A stretch of 64,000 nt of DNA from the human T2T-CHM13v2.0 reference genome, Homo sapiens. The DNA is taken from the NCBI RefSeq assembly GCF_009914755.1, contig NC_060928.1; one strand, 5' to 3'. Every line of letters starts with the position of its first letter. The stretch's first letter is position 1. The notes under the pieces are model-generated. The model saw only the letters and a list, made by a program, of their open reading frames with translations, did not search any database and was not told the DNA's origin. Below, piece by piece: positions 26,814 through 40,211 of the stretch. Both the position numbers and the translations under genes were made by a program.

Positions 26814-28139
26814 TCAATATGGAGTTTTAAAAACATGTCTCATTTGCCACTCAGTACTCAGTTATTATCCATAAAAGTGGTATTCCCTTGTTAGACTTTG
26901 ATAGAGCAGCTATATATGGAAGTGTGAGTTATCATGAGACTATATGAACATGTTTCCTCTCAAGACTGAAGCTTGAAGAATGTTTGCCCTGTAGAAGAGT
27001 ACTGCCACTTACCCCATTTGTTTGACATTTAGCTAATTTGCACTATTTTCCAAACATTGCAGTAGATACTAACTTTTGAGAAATAAATAGGATCCCAAGG
27101 TCTAATACATAATATTTTAACCTGATGACTCTAACAAAGCAAAGCACAGTCATGTCCTTTTCTTTTTAACCTACTACCTAGCCAATTAGGAGATATGTGC
27201 CCACTGGAAATTATGGAAGAATGGAATAAAAACTTGAATTCTAGTCCAGTCTTGAGATTCTCACCTACAAATTCAGGAATGTTGGGTAATTTGTTTAATC
27301 TTTCTGGGTTGTGGGTTTTTCACAATAATCTCAACGGATTAGATTGAGTCCCAGATTTCTTCAATCCCCTATAATCATAAAATGGGAAATGATATCCTTA
27401 AAAGTTCATCTGTAAGGGTTCTCTGATTCTGAACAGAATTATACATCAATTAGCCCTGGGAAACAGCCATGAAGATCTTACTTTATTCTATGAGTCTTCA
27501 CTCTGACTAATAAACTTCACATTTTCATAATGAGGCCATTTACCTTAATGTTGGTAAAATATTCTTACTAAACCAGTGCTAACCAATTTGGAATTTATAT
27601 TAACCATTTATTATTAATCTGGTTTATGGAACTAAACTAAATAGTACTAGAAATAGGATTCAGTAAAAAACTATATGTAACTTACTTCTGAAATAGTCTA
27701 TTCCTAATATAAATACATTTAACCACTTAAAAACTAAGAATAATACTTAGCTTAATTGAAAACGTAACTACATATCCAGCATGGTACTAAGTGCATTACA
27801 TGAATCATCCAATTTAAACCTCATTCTAATTTATGAGAAACATAGTTCTTATGGATAAAAACATAGAGATAGTTAGTAAATATTCAGGGCTTAACGTTTT
27901 GCCTATTTGCCCAAATTTGAACTTAAGTTACCAAACCACAATTAGATTATATTAAAATATTTTCCTCATTCTCATAATTTATATAGGTTAAAAATAGTTT
28001 TTCTAAATTTTATTCATAATTCCAGAGAAAACCACAGAATTGGGAAGCTTATAATACCAAATAATATATTATGGTAATAGTAGAATCTCTCTTTTTGGAA
28101 TTCACCACACTAGGTCTTCTAGCTTGTAGTGCCACTATT

Positions 28140-28720
28140 CTCTTATTCAGGATGTGTTAGATTATGCCATGGTAACAACCACAAAAATTTGATTTCACAC
28201 AGCAAAGGTTCTTATTCTATGTAAAGTCTATCATAAGACTGAGCCCCTCTCCATGGAAAATTATCTTCATGAGGCCAAACCTGAAGAAACCTTCACCATC
28301 TTGCAAGTTCAACTTAAACATGTAGCCTCTTTGGTCAATGAAGTAGAGGAAAGTGAATCACTAGTAATTAAATTCTTCAGTCTAGAAGTAACCAGTATCA
28401 CTTTTACCACAACTGGGAAAGGGGCTCTTGGAAACAGTTTTCTACGTGTATAGAGAAGCAGAAACTGTATATAGGGAGCACTAGCGATGTCTTCCACAAC
28501 CATCTTCAACACATGATTTCGAAAGTCACTGTGCATTTCTGTTATCAAGTTGGTAGAGGGTGAAGGAACAAGAATTGTACAGAAGAAATGTTTTTGCCCC
28601 AGACTTAGAAATGGCACATCAGCTAGAAATCAGTAATATATAGCTTTGTCAAGGGGAGCCAGGAAATTTCATGGAAATGTGAAGCCAAGAAGAAAAGGAA
28701 ATGGATTTGATATTAGCTCA
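28140..28720 (-). mobile_element. Old MLT1-type LTR fragments
   Basis: tcaggatgtgttagattatgccatggtaacaac start, and aaggggagccaggaaat/gaagaaaaggaaatggattt end motifs. Confidence 0.5.
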
Positions 28721-28879
28721 CATTCTCTGTTCCATGGGCTTTGCCAGTATTTTTTCCTTTCTTGGGCCCTCTCCTCTCTCCACCCAAATGTTAATGTTAG
28801 TGCTTTCTTCTCATCATGCCAGTGTAAAACTCTGGTTCACATCTCTCCCCACATTTCCAACTTACATATAAAATTGGAT

Positions 28880-29300
28880 ATTTTAAAGTCACATTTAAAA
28901 TGGAATAATCCATTACCCTTCCCACCTCACAATACTATGTCCACACCCCAGATCATTAAAGGCAATTTCCTTTATCCACCTGATCAGACAAAAATCAATC
29001 AATATTTGGGAGCACTCTTGACTCTTTCTTTGTTTTCTCACATTTATTATCCAGTAGGCTCATTCCCTACGATCTGTCTTCAGACCATATCCAACATTGG
29101 ACTGCTCCTCATCACTTCCACCACTGGCCCCTGGTCAGTCATCATCATGTCACCTGGATGATGGCAGAAACTTATTGTCAGCAATTTTTATCCTTGTTCT
29201 AGTTCAGTTCTCATCACTGATGCCAAAATAACCTATGTAAAGCAAGAACTGGATTTTGTCACACTATATTTTCAGACCTAGGCTGGTGACATTCATTTCA
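28880..29300 (+). mobile_element. LINE-2 fragment
   Basis: ctcttgactctttct...ctcctcatcacttccaccact...catcatcatgtcacctggat. Confidence 0.6.
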
Positions 29301-29804
29301 TGAATGAAAATATATCCTCCCGGCAACAAAGACATCTGATGTTTTGGAGAAGAATAATTAAAATGTGCTCACCCACAATCAAGATCTTCAGACCCAACCT
29401 GACTTCTTACTTGCTCTGTGAAGTTCTGTGTTTCCAACTTTTACTCCCCATATAATCAACAGTGACTATATAGAATAAGAATGTTTTCTTTCTTCTTGGT
29501 GACATTGGGAATTAGGTTTTTTCTAGTCTTTGGTAGGAATATTATAAATTATAAGACAGGTAATAATTCTTAAGATACTGAGCAAGCCATCAAGACTGAA
29601 AAACACTTTATGCTTTTGTTCCCATCTTAATTGTAATTTATATGTCATATATTGAGAGTGAAACAGCTCAAAACTTACAATATTGTCTCCTAATGGCAGC
29701 TTATGAAATTCACCTTGCCTCCATGTGAAAGCAGACGTCACAGGGGAAGTGGCAATAGCGTGTCTGTCTTAGCACAAGTTCTTCTCCCATTGCCGTTATA
29801 TATA

Positions 29805-29833
29805 CACACACAGACACACACACACACACACAC
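29805..29833. repeat. (CA)n microsatellite
   Basis: Directly visible. Confidence 0.9.
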
Positions 29834-31918
29834 ATCTTTGTCCTTCCATTATCTGTGTGTGTGTCTCAATAACTTTCTTTATCACATGATATTGCTGATT
29901 TGTATCACTTTCTGTGATGCATGTTGTATCTTACCTTAATATTTGCAAATATTATTTCACGATTTCACTAAAAAATGATTTTAGTCATGTAGACAGACAT
30001 TCTCTGTGTGTGTGTATTTTGCTATATTTTTGCCTTTTCAATGTACCTTTCCCCTTTATTAAATTTATCAAAGTGAAGTTTCAAAGACCCTAAGGCTCTA
30101 TTACAATGGTGACAAGATCAAATTCAATTCTTTGTAAAAATCAAATGTGATTTATGGTTATGTTTTTCAAATTCTAAAATTGCCAATACATTTTTGTATT
30201 TGCCAGTTTGATTTGATATTTGCTACCTCACAGGAAGTTTGGCTGATTTTTTTCAACTTATTTTTTATTTTGCTCATTTTACAAGTCAAAATAAGTCTTC
30301 TACACGATTTTAAAAACCACACAGTGTGTGAAGGATTATAACAAATACTATTATTTTACTTTCCTCAATCTAGAATGTAGTTACAGGTTAGGAAAATGTC
30401 AATTTTGGTCATCATATTCTTGAAGAGCAAGTAGGGAACACTTTTTCTAATTATGGAGCAATTTTCTTCTTACACATATAGAGCTATTCTGAAGAGTATA
30501 CAATTTCTGTTGGAAGGTTGTGTTTCTAGCAAAGCTACCATAGTTGAATGCAAATCATAGTTACTTTCTAGTTTCTGTAGTATTTAGCAGATATGCAGAG
30601 TGTTTATTATGAGGAAAACTTTGTGTGGGGACCTGTTGAAGGACAAAATGACAATTCTATCATGAAGTTTGCTCTCAATAGGTTTGTAGTCTGGAAGGGA
30701 AATAATAAAGCAATTAAAATCCATACATGAACTCTTGCCTGATTCACCTCTTTCTACCAGCTGATCTCTTTTCATTTTGTCCCAATGTTGTTTATCATGT
30801 TATCATTAGTTGTTTTTGCATATTCTACAAAAGTAAAACAACTTGAAGGTAGTTAGGGGATATACTTGATTATATCTAAAAATATCTGTCACCCATTGGA
30901 TACTTAATAAACATTTGTGGAATCAATAAATGGTGCATATACAAAAGATATGCATATACTTAAGGACATTTTGATAATGTACAATAGTATTCTGAATAAT
31001 TGAGGAATCTGATTAACATTATGGGTATCCTGTTAAGAAGAGGAAGGATAAAAAATAAATTATTTCTTTTATTTCATAAATTGTTTGAATTTTTAATTCA
31101 CTAAGTAGTAGTAAGTATGACGTTCTCCACAGAGATTTTTTTTGAGGATTCTCTCCTTTCTCTCTTTCTTTTTTTCTTTTTGTCTCACACATACACATAC
31201 ACATTCTCTCCCTCTTTTCTTGCTGAAATCCTCCCCTGGGATTGTTTAGTGGTGAAAAGGAGCCATATGTGCATTCAGACTGTTTTAAGAGGCAATCCAT
31301 TAAGGATAATATATAGATACATGAAAAGGTCATGCTTGCAGGTTTTACATATATTATGATCTTTAGGAAATAAATTCGTGGGAATGAAGATCTCCCAATT
31401 CAGTTTGGTGTAAATGACTTTATTGATGTACTAAGGACTGTATACATCAGTTGTCAAATAGATAAATTTAAATCTGGGCTTTTATTTGGGGATGACAAGG
31501 AGTTTTGATGAATTGGCATGCTTGTGAATAGACTCCATGAAAAAAGTCTCTAGGTGCAAGATTGCTTTTCCATGTTAACAATCTTTAAATAGACACTCAA
31601 TATGAAGAACCAAAAGCCCTTCCATGGTGAAACTAGCCAGTTAGCTAGCCAAGGTTCTGTATAATTGGGGCAGATATACTATTTCAATGCTTAAAATAAA
31701 ATCTGTGGACTTATCTGAAAACCTGAGATTTTTACTATTATTATTTTATCTTTTGAACAACATATTATCATCTTAAGATTGAGGTCTTCTAGTATAGTAA
31801 TTGACATCATGAACCTTTGATTTAGCTATGCCAGTCTGTGCTTCAATTTTTTATCATTTTAAGAGAAATAATAATACCTAGGGATTATTCTAATGAATAA
31901 TGATGAAATTTTTTAAAA

Positions 31919-32421
31919 TTTTTATTTTAAATTCAGGGGTACATTTGCAGGATGTTCAGATTTGTTAGATAGGTAAATGTGTGCCGGGGGGTTTGTTGTA
32001 CAGATTATTTCATCACCCAGGTATTAAGCCTAGTACCCACTAGTTATTTTTCCTGATCCTCTCCTCCTCCCACTCTCTACTCTCTGGTAGGCCCCAGTGT
32101 GTGTTGTTCCCGTATCCATTAGTTATTTTTCCTGATCCTCTCCCTTGACCTACCCTCCACCCTCTGGGAGGCCCCAGTGTGCAATTCTTCCCCTCCATGT
32201 GTCCATGTGTTCTCATCATTTAGCTCCCACTGATAGGTGAGAACATGCGGTGTTTAGTTTTCTATTCCTGAGTTAGTTTGCTAAGGATAATGGCAATAGC
32301 TCTACCTATGTCCTGGCAAAGGACATGATCTTGTTATTTTTCATGGCTGCATAGTATTCCATGGTGTATATGCACCAATTTTCTTTATCCAGTCTGTCAT
32401 TGATGAACATTTAGGTTGATT
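31919..32421 (-). mobile_element. L1PA12/13-like 3' end
   Basis: Antisense 3'UTR and ORF2 end (ggctgcatagtattccatggtgtatatg), with an ~80-bp internal duplication. Confidence 0.9.
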
Positions 32422-32423
32422 AG

Positions 32424-32516
32424 CGAGGAGGCCAAGATGGCCTACTAGAAGCAGCTACGGTGCGTGGTTTTCATGGAGAGAAAAAAAAGGGGTGAGTAAA
32501 TACAGCACCTTCAATT
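32424..32516 (+). mobile_element. Extreme 5' end of an L1PA12/13-like 5'UTR, inverted relative to the adjacent 3' fragment
   Basis: gaggaggccaagatggcctactagaagcagct (YY1 core caagatggc)...gagtaaatacagcaccttcaa. Shared TSD aaattttttaaaa (31906-31918) / aaatttttgaaaa (32517-32529). Confidence 0.75.
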
Positions 32517-34855
32517 AAATTTTTGAAAAGTATTTAGAATAGAGTCTACCTATAGTGCTAGGAAGGACTTATTAATTGTTCAAGCTTTTCATAATTTTCA
32601 TGATTGTTGCTTTTATTATTATTATACAGTTACTAGCATGTTAGTTATTCACTCTCTCTATATCTCAGTTTTTCGTCTGGATAATTGGAACTGTGCAATT
32701 TACCCCAAAGCGTTCTTTGTAAGTATAGATAAGTGATAGCTAGCTCAAGGGAAACATTACACAAATTACAGCCAATATTTCCATTGTTGTATTATTGTAA
32801 CCATTTTTTATTACTATTTATTATATTTGTATTTATTTACTTACCAGCTATGTGAAACCTTGGAAATATTATTTAATCACTCTATGCCTTAATCTCTTCA
32901 TCTGAAAAATTAGGACTACACTACTATGCTTTAGGGATTTTTTAATAAGAATAAATGTAGCTCATAGTAAGCATTCAACAAATGATGGCTAAAATTCTTT
33001 TCATATTTGGATTGTTGTTGTTATTGCAGGTGATTGTGATGATTTAATGTAGAATAACTACCCATAATATTAAAAATCTGCTTTTCAATCAGCTCAATGG
33101 AATTCAATCAACTCCAACAGTTAAAAGGATTCATTGATTGAAAAGAGCAGATGTCTTGTCCTACAAAATCAGATAGTTTTAAAAATCATACTATGTAGTA
33201 TATTTTATTGTATAAATCTATATATGTTTGCCCATGGATAGAATAGACATATTTTCCTTTTATTTCCTCTAACAATCATATGTTGCTTGTCACTATTTTC
33301 AAAACAAAATGCCAGCTCCAATGGGAAAACTGAAATTTCACTTGTCATAATTGTCAGGAGATTCACAGCAGATTATTTACAGATTAATAGATGTGCTGGA
33401 AGATAAGGGAACTAGATATACCCTTTATTATCCCGTGAAGAATTTGATTTGCTAACACATAATGCATTTCTATCTAGAACACAAATGGCTGGTTCAGTCT
33501 TCTTTATGTCACCTGCCAAGCATAGTTCCCTTCAGTTAAGGACAGTAAAGAGTTGTTTACAAATTAATAGAGCTTAATGAAAATTTTAGACTAAATCGTG
33601 ATCAAACATCTACCCTTCAGGATTGACAATGGAGAAAAAGTTTAGATGAGGATTTTTTTTTTTTTGCCTTACATTTTAGTTTTCAGTGATTTTTATTGAT
33701 AATGAGTTTTTTTCTTATACACAGGATTTATATAATCTTTGTTTAATACTTTCTACGCTTTGAAGAATGTACGATCAAATTAAATGTAAGGTACTTTTTT
33801 CTCTCAAATGCAAAGCTATAGCTTTGTAAAAAGATAATAAAAATTCTCACATTGAAAGCTTCTGACTAGGATCAGAATAACGTTATGAACATTTAAAAGT
33901 AAGTTGACTTATAAAGTTTTATTTGTGGAGAATGATTTTTTAAGCAGAATTGAGATAACTATTACATATAACCTATAGTGCTAAGAGGGACTTTAGACAA
34001 AAATGTCCTCACCCACTAGTTTGCCCAGAACAGAACTGGTTATACCATTTATACCTCTTATAATATGTGGTTATCAATAGAATATCCTTCTCACTTCAAG
34101 TTGTCCTTGTTTGAATAAAATACAATCACTCTACTTAAAGGAGACAAAATCTGAGCTTCATTCTAAAAGATGAATAACTCTTAAGTGGAATAGGTTGCAA
34201 AGCTGGAAAGAATATACAGGAAGAGAGAATCATGTGTTGTAAGGACCACATGAATGAGAATTTTTGAGGAAACACACAGTGTGAATGAAATGTGGCATAT
34301 GAAGTACTGAGAGTTAAGTCTAAACATGCAGGCAAGAGTCATTTCAATTCCCCCTTCTTGTAGATTACTTTAGTAGTTGTATTTTACTTTATTTCTCTTT
34401 ATTTTATAGTATTTTAAATTTAGACTTGCTTCTAATCTTCCAGGTATCATGGCCCCGATCATGCACCTTGTTGCCAACATCCGATATCTTTTAAAGACAA
34501 TGATTCTGCCATTAAACAGGTTTCCCGACTGTAGCTCTTCAAACTTTGCTCAATACCTCCATATAACCATAAATATGACCGTAGCATGCAGCTGGAGTGT
34601 GTTTCCTTCAATATCTCTTACTAATAAATATGACCCTCCAACAGACATTACAGGAAGTACAACTGTCCCATGGCCCACTCCACAATTCTCCTTAGTATTT
34701 GAAATCTAGTTTTAACAAGAATGAGTTTATGTTGGTTGTTGTGTGTCCTGGAAAGAAACTTGGAAACCAAAGAGAGTTAGAAGTGAAATGGAGTTTGTGA
34801 TTCTTTTGCTGTTTTATACTGTATGCTCCACCCATCTCCAGAAAAAATATCTTAC

Positions 34856-35156
34856 TTTTTTTTTTTTTTTTTTGGGACAGAGTCTCGCTCTTTTGCCCAA
34901 GTTGGAGTGCAGTAGCACGATCTCGGCTCACTGCAAGCTCCGCCTCCTGGGTTCACTCCATTCTCCTGCCTCAGCCTCCCTAGCAGCTGGGACTACAGGT
35001 GCCTGCCACCACGCCCGGCTAATTTTTTGTATTTTTTTAGTAGAGGTGGGGTTTCACCGTGTTAGCCAGGATGGTCTCAATCTCCTGACCTTGTGATCCA
35101 CCCACCTCAGCCTCCCAAAGTGCTGAGATTACAGGTGTGAGCCACCACGCCTGGCC
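34856..35156 (-). mobile_element. AluY
   Basis: Diagnostic ctgcaagctccgcctcc, ccattctcc and cgtgttagccaggatgg. TSD aaaaata(t/c)cttactttt on both sides. Confidence 0.95.
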
Positions 35157-38100
35157 AAAAATACCTTACTTTTTAATATGGGTCTATATAGCAAAGAATT
35201 TTGAAATGAGAAGTCAAGAATTAAGTCTTTACTCAAGTCTTCTTCCAGTAATTAGCCATGTGACCTTGAGTTAATATTAAATCTCTCTTAGCTTCAACTT
35301 TCCATTTTCCTGATAAAGAAATTGAATATATAACGATCGCTACCCTCTGGGCTCTAAATTCTATAAGATTTAAAAATCTCTTAGAATGTCCCTGTGCCCT
35401 AGGAAGAGCCTCAAGCATGCAGACTGCATCTGGCCTGCTGAACCAAGCACAAATCATTGCCTAAGGCTTTTGGGCCTGGGCATAGTGTGCCTTTCTGACA
35501 GCATTCATGATGAATGCTGTGGTAGTCTCAAAGCACAGGCAACAGTGTTGGCCTGTACTATAGACAGGAAATCTGTCCTGCTCTGACTCAGAGGGTGACA
35601 ACTTTAATGTCACAGAGTGTCATAGTGTTGATGATCAAGTAACTGAGATGTTAATGAGACTTAAAACTTGTTTCCTCAGAAATAAGAATTGCATGTGTCT
35701 ATACAACCTAAGGATCATATGTTAATGGCAATGAACTTTAAAAGGCATGGAATGTGACTGAAAGTCTTTGCCATGTACTCATAAGAGCTTCTCTCTCATC
35801 CCTGACAACAGTCTCTGTTTCGAAGGCTACCTTTACTATTGTAGCTTGTGCTATTTTATTTTGCATTTTCCCTGAAAAGTCAGGTTCAAAGTTCTGTTCC
35901 ATGTGCTGTTTTACCTCTGATAATTCTTCTTAAAGCTACTTTTCTTGGAACTGACAATTTATGGAATTTTCCAATGTTCATTCATTCATTCATTCAACAG
36001 TGTGAATTCCACTCCAACCAATAATGCTAAAGACCTTTTGCACAGCTCAGGGAATGCCTAGGTACATCTTCCAGAGCACATATACCCACAGAATTCAGAG
36101 TATACTTTTGCTGCTGCCCAATCCACATATTTGTAGCTCCAGTTTTTGATATAGTGCATGGCATGTAGTATACCCTTAACTCTTACCTATTACAGCTAGG
36201 AATCATGTTGACTCTTCTCTGGTGCCCAGCTTCACCAAATCACAAAATGTCAAAATTAAAAAGGATCTAATTATTCATCTATCCAGGTAATCTAATTTTA
36301 TAGAAGAGAAGATATCTGTAGAATGCATAAACACAAGGAAGCATGTTATATTCAAAGTCACACAACAAATCAAGATCAGAGTTGGGACAGATATATTAAT
36401 TCTCTTATCCACTGCTTGTTACAATAGCTCTTTAACAATATGCTCTGCTTTCTAAATTAAAGATTAAGTATTGCATGCAATTAGTCATGATAAATATTTA
36501 TAATTTAAGTACATTATTAACTACATATTTTTTAAAGTTGAAATAATCTGAAGTTAGGCTTTTGTAGAATACATTTTTATTAGATGCCTGTAACAGTTAC
36601 TATATGGGCAGAAACTAGGTTACAATTTTGTAGAGGTCAGCTTACACCTGTCACTATGTCTCAGCAAATGCCTGTCACCAGGTACTGATAGAAAAAAAAA
36701 ATAAGTTCACAATTAGCCTCTTTATCAAGAATAGAAATAATGACTGCCTCTGATGCCCTCTTTAAAAATGTAGCCTGAGGAAATACATCAAAATAAAGCT
36801 TTTTTAGGGAAAAGAGGCATATAATTTTCTCAAGAGCAGAGCCTAGTGCTTGGAGGCAAATACATTTAGTCAGTGAATAGGCTAGAGAGACTAAAAAGTA
36901 ACAATAACTGTGTTCTTAAAAGTTTACTACTATGATGACATACCAGTTTTGTTTTACTTTAGTTTTGTTTGTTTGTTTGTTTGTTTGTTTAAGTGGTCTC
37001 ATCTATCTTTTACAGCATTTTCCTGTCCTTGTGGGTTAAGGTGATTTGCTGTTGACTGAAGGTTCCCCATGACATTTCTGTCATTCAGGATCTGACCCTA
37101 GGGATGGTTTGTTCCCTCACAGAGCAAAAGCCACCCATGGCTTATTTCTGAGTCCGGATGTCTGTAGAAAGGGCTTTCAAATCCGTATGAAAATGAAAAA
37201 TCTAGCACACTGGATTTTCACAATGATAATAAAAATAAAAGCTCACGTTTATTAAGAATTCACTCTGATGCAGATTTTGAGCTAAAAACAACATCCTTGC
37301 ATATATTTAATCCTCACAACTCTGTAAGGTAGGTTATGTTATATACTGCATTCCATAGACAAGTTAAATTGGGTTAAAACAGTTAAATAGCAGTATTGAC
37401 TTGGATGGAAAGCCTTTAGCAGTATAACCTTTATAGTATGAACTACTCTACATTTTCAACCAAAATTACCCTATGCAGTAGGCACTATTAATATCACAAT
37501 AATTTAGCAGAAGAAGACACTGAGCAGTAACACAACTTGCCTAGCCATACTGCTAGTACACAGAGCAGCTGGAGAGTTGAGATTTTGACTTATATAAACC
37601 TTTATTTCACTGTTCACTTGGCATAATGCAGATCTATCATTAAAATAGGGTGTGAAGTGTTACATAAATTATCTCTAGCATAGTAAGTAAAATATAAATA
37701 GGTATATCGTAGAGTGAAGTTTTATCATAAAGTATTAGTATTGTTTCTAAATTTTAAAGGGTGGATTATAAATTTAAATTGGGAATTAGGTGTAATCGTT
37801 ATTCAGATTCTCAATTAATTTTCTCCAATCACAAATAGAAACTTCAAATCTATTGGATCATCTGCAATACTTTCATTATAACATTACAGCATGAACTATG
37901 TGATGAGATAGTTTTAAATTTTACTTAAATTTACTTTTAAATAAACTAAAACTTTAATAAACAGTGGTTATAATAGAAATAATCCACAAATTATTTCTGT
38001 TATCAATGAATATGGTTTGTTAATCTCTCTTTTTTTCTCTTTACTCTCTTTGCTTCCTTCTTCACAGATTCCTTTAGGATTTTGTTAACTTTTTAGGAAT

Positions 38101-38329
38101 CCATAAAACACTAGGAAGAAACAAGGGCTATATAAGAAAGGCCTGGCAGAAATACAGTCAGGACAAGCCCACTATGGTTGAGAATTGTTCCCACTGATTA
38201 TGAAACAATGATGCCTCAGCTTCACTAATATACAAGAGGCACTTATTTTTCCTGGCACTCAAAGATCTTATCAAAATGTCTAGTTGTAATTGTATCACAA
38301 TGGTGTTTAGAATATAATTTGAAGTGCCT

Positions 38330-39020
38330 TTTACTTTTTTAATTTTTGAGGGTACATAATAGGTATATATAATTAGGGGGTACATGATATGTTTCAATAA
38401 AGTCATTAAAATGTGAAATAAATACATTGTTAAGAATGGGGTATCCATTCCCCCAAGTATTTATCCATGGACTTGCAAATATCCAGTTACACTCTTTAAA
38501 TTATTTTAAAGTGTATGGTTATTATTGACTATAGTCACTCCGTCATGTTATCAGATAGTAGGTCTTACTCATTCTTTTTGTTTTGCTGTACCCATTAATT
38601 ATCCTTACCTCTTCACCACCCCCCACTATCCTTCCCAGCCTCTGGTAGCCATCTTTCTGTGCTCTATGTCCATGAGTTAAACTGTTTTGACTTTTAGATC
38701 CCACAAATAAGCGACAACATGCAATGTTTGTTTTTCTATAGCTGGCTTATTTTACTTATAAAGATTTCCAGTTTCATCCATGCTGTTGCAAGTGGCTGGA
38801 TCTCATTCATTTTTATGGCTAAATAGCACTCGATTGTGTACGTGTACCACATTTTCTTTATCCATTTGTCTATTGACGGACACGTAGATTGCTTCCAAAT
38901 CTTACCTATTGCTAACAATGCTGCAACAAAAGGAGTGCAGATATCTCTTCAATATACTGACTTCCTTTCTTTTGGGTACATACCCAGCAGTGGGATTGCT
39001 GGATCATATGGTAGCTCAAT
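38330..39020 (-). mobile_element. L1MA 3' end
   Basis: Antisense L1MA 3'UTR and ORF2 end. ORF 38736-38918 translates to ...WKQSTCPSIDKWIKKMWY... Confidence 0.9.
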
Positions 39021-39142
39021 ATCCATCTGACAAAGGATTAATAACCAGAATATATAAGGAGCTCAAACAACTCTATAGTAAAAATCTAATAATCCAATCA
39101 AAAGATGGGAAAATGATTTGAATAGACATTTCTCAAAAGAAT
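39020..39142 (+). mobile_element. Inverted upstream ORF2 piece of the same L1MA (5' inversion)
   Basis: atccatctgacaaaggattaataaccagaatatataaggagctcaaacaactc...gacatttctcaaaagaa, in the opposite orientation and abutting the 3' fragment. Confidence 0.85.
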
Positions 39143-39385
39143 AAATGAGTTAAGGGATTTTTTTCAAAATCATTTTGTGATACATATTTGCATTGCATTT
39201 TGCAGATTTAAATACAGAATGTTCTTATATAAATATTTGCTAAATAACATTTTGGTAAGATGTAAAAAAAAATGTACTGGAACACTGGGTATTAAATACC
39301 AAAAAGTCTTCTACCAGGGAGATATTTACTTGAAGAAGTTTTCTATGATATGCCTTATTTCATTTTGAAAATTTATTGGCAAGCA

Positions 39386-40204
39386 ACAGACATGTGAAAA
39401 AATGCTCATCATCACTGGTTATCAGAGAAATGCAAATCAAAACCACAATGAGATACCATCTCACACCAGTTAGAATGGCAATCATTAAAAAGTCAGGAAA
39501 CAACAGGTGCTGGAGAGGATGTGGAGAAATAGGAACATTTTACACTGTTTGTTGGTGGGAGTATAAACTAGTTCAACCATTGTGGAAGACAGTGTGGCGA
39601 TTCCTCAAGGATCTAGAACTAGAAATACCATGTGACCCAGCCATCCCATTACTTGGTATATACCCAAAGGATTATAAATCATGCTACTATAAAGACAAAT
39701 GCACATGTATGTTTATTACAGCACTATTCACAATAACAAAGACTTGGAACCAACCCAAATGTCCATCAATGATAGACTGGATTTAGAAAATGTGGCACAT
39801 ATACACCATGGAATACTATGTAGCCATAAAAAAGGATGAGTTCATGTCCTTTGTAGGGACACGGATGAAGCTGGAAACCATCATTCTGAGCAAATTATCG
39901 CAAGGACAGAAAACCAAACACTGCATGTTCTTACTCATAGGAGGGAATTGAACAATGAGAACACCTGGACACAGGGCAGGGAACATCACACACTGGGGCC
40001 TGTCATGGTGTGAGGGGATGGAGGAGGGATAGCATTAGGAGAAATACCTAATGTAAATGACGAGTTAATGGGTGCAGCAAACCAACATGGCACATGTATA
40101 CATATGTAAGAAACCTGCACATTGTGCATATGTACCCTAGAACTTAAAGTATAATAAAAACAAAACTTTGTATAATAAAAACAAAAATTTGTACAATAAA
40201 AACA
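39386..40204 (+). mobile_element. 5'-truncated L1PA (PA4-6-like) 3' end
   Basis: ORF2 C-terminal Cys-rich region still open ([37 protein letters not shown]...). TSD aaaattt(a/g)ttggcaagca at 39368-39385 and 40205-40222. Confidence 0.96.
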
Positions 40205-40211
40205 AAAATTT
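40149..40211. repeat. 3 x 21-bp tandem repeat at the L1 tail
   Basis: gtataataaaaacaaaacttt / gtataataaaaacaaaaattt / gtacaataaaaacaaaaattt. Confidence 0.92.

Noticed and set aside
28646-29161. Longest ORF in the window (171 aa)
   Set aside because: Non-ATG start, spans MLT1 and L2 relics, and has no recognisable domain.
39376-39786. 136-aa ORF with a Cys-rich motif
   Set aside because: C-terminus of L1 ORF2p in a 5'-truncated copy, not a host gene.
40149-40211. Regularly spaced 21-bp repeats resembling an array
   Set aside because: Head-to-tail with no unique spacers, and explained by the L1 tail junction.
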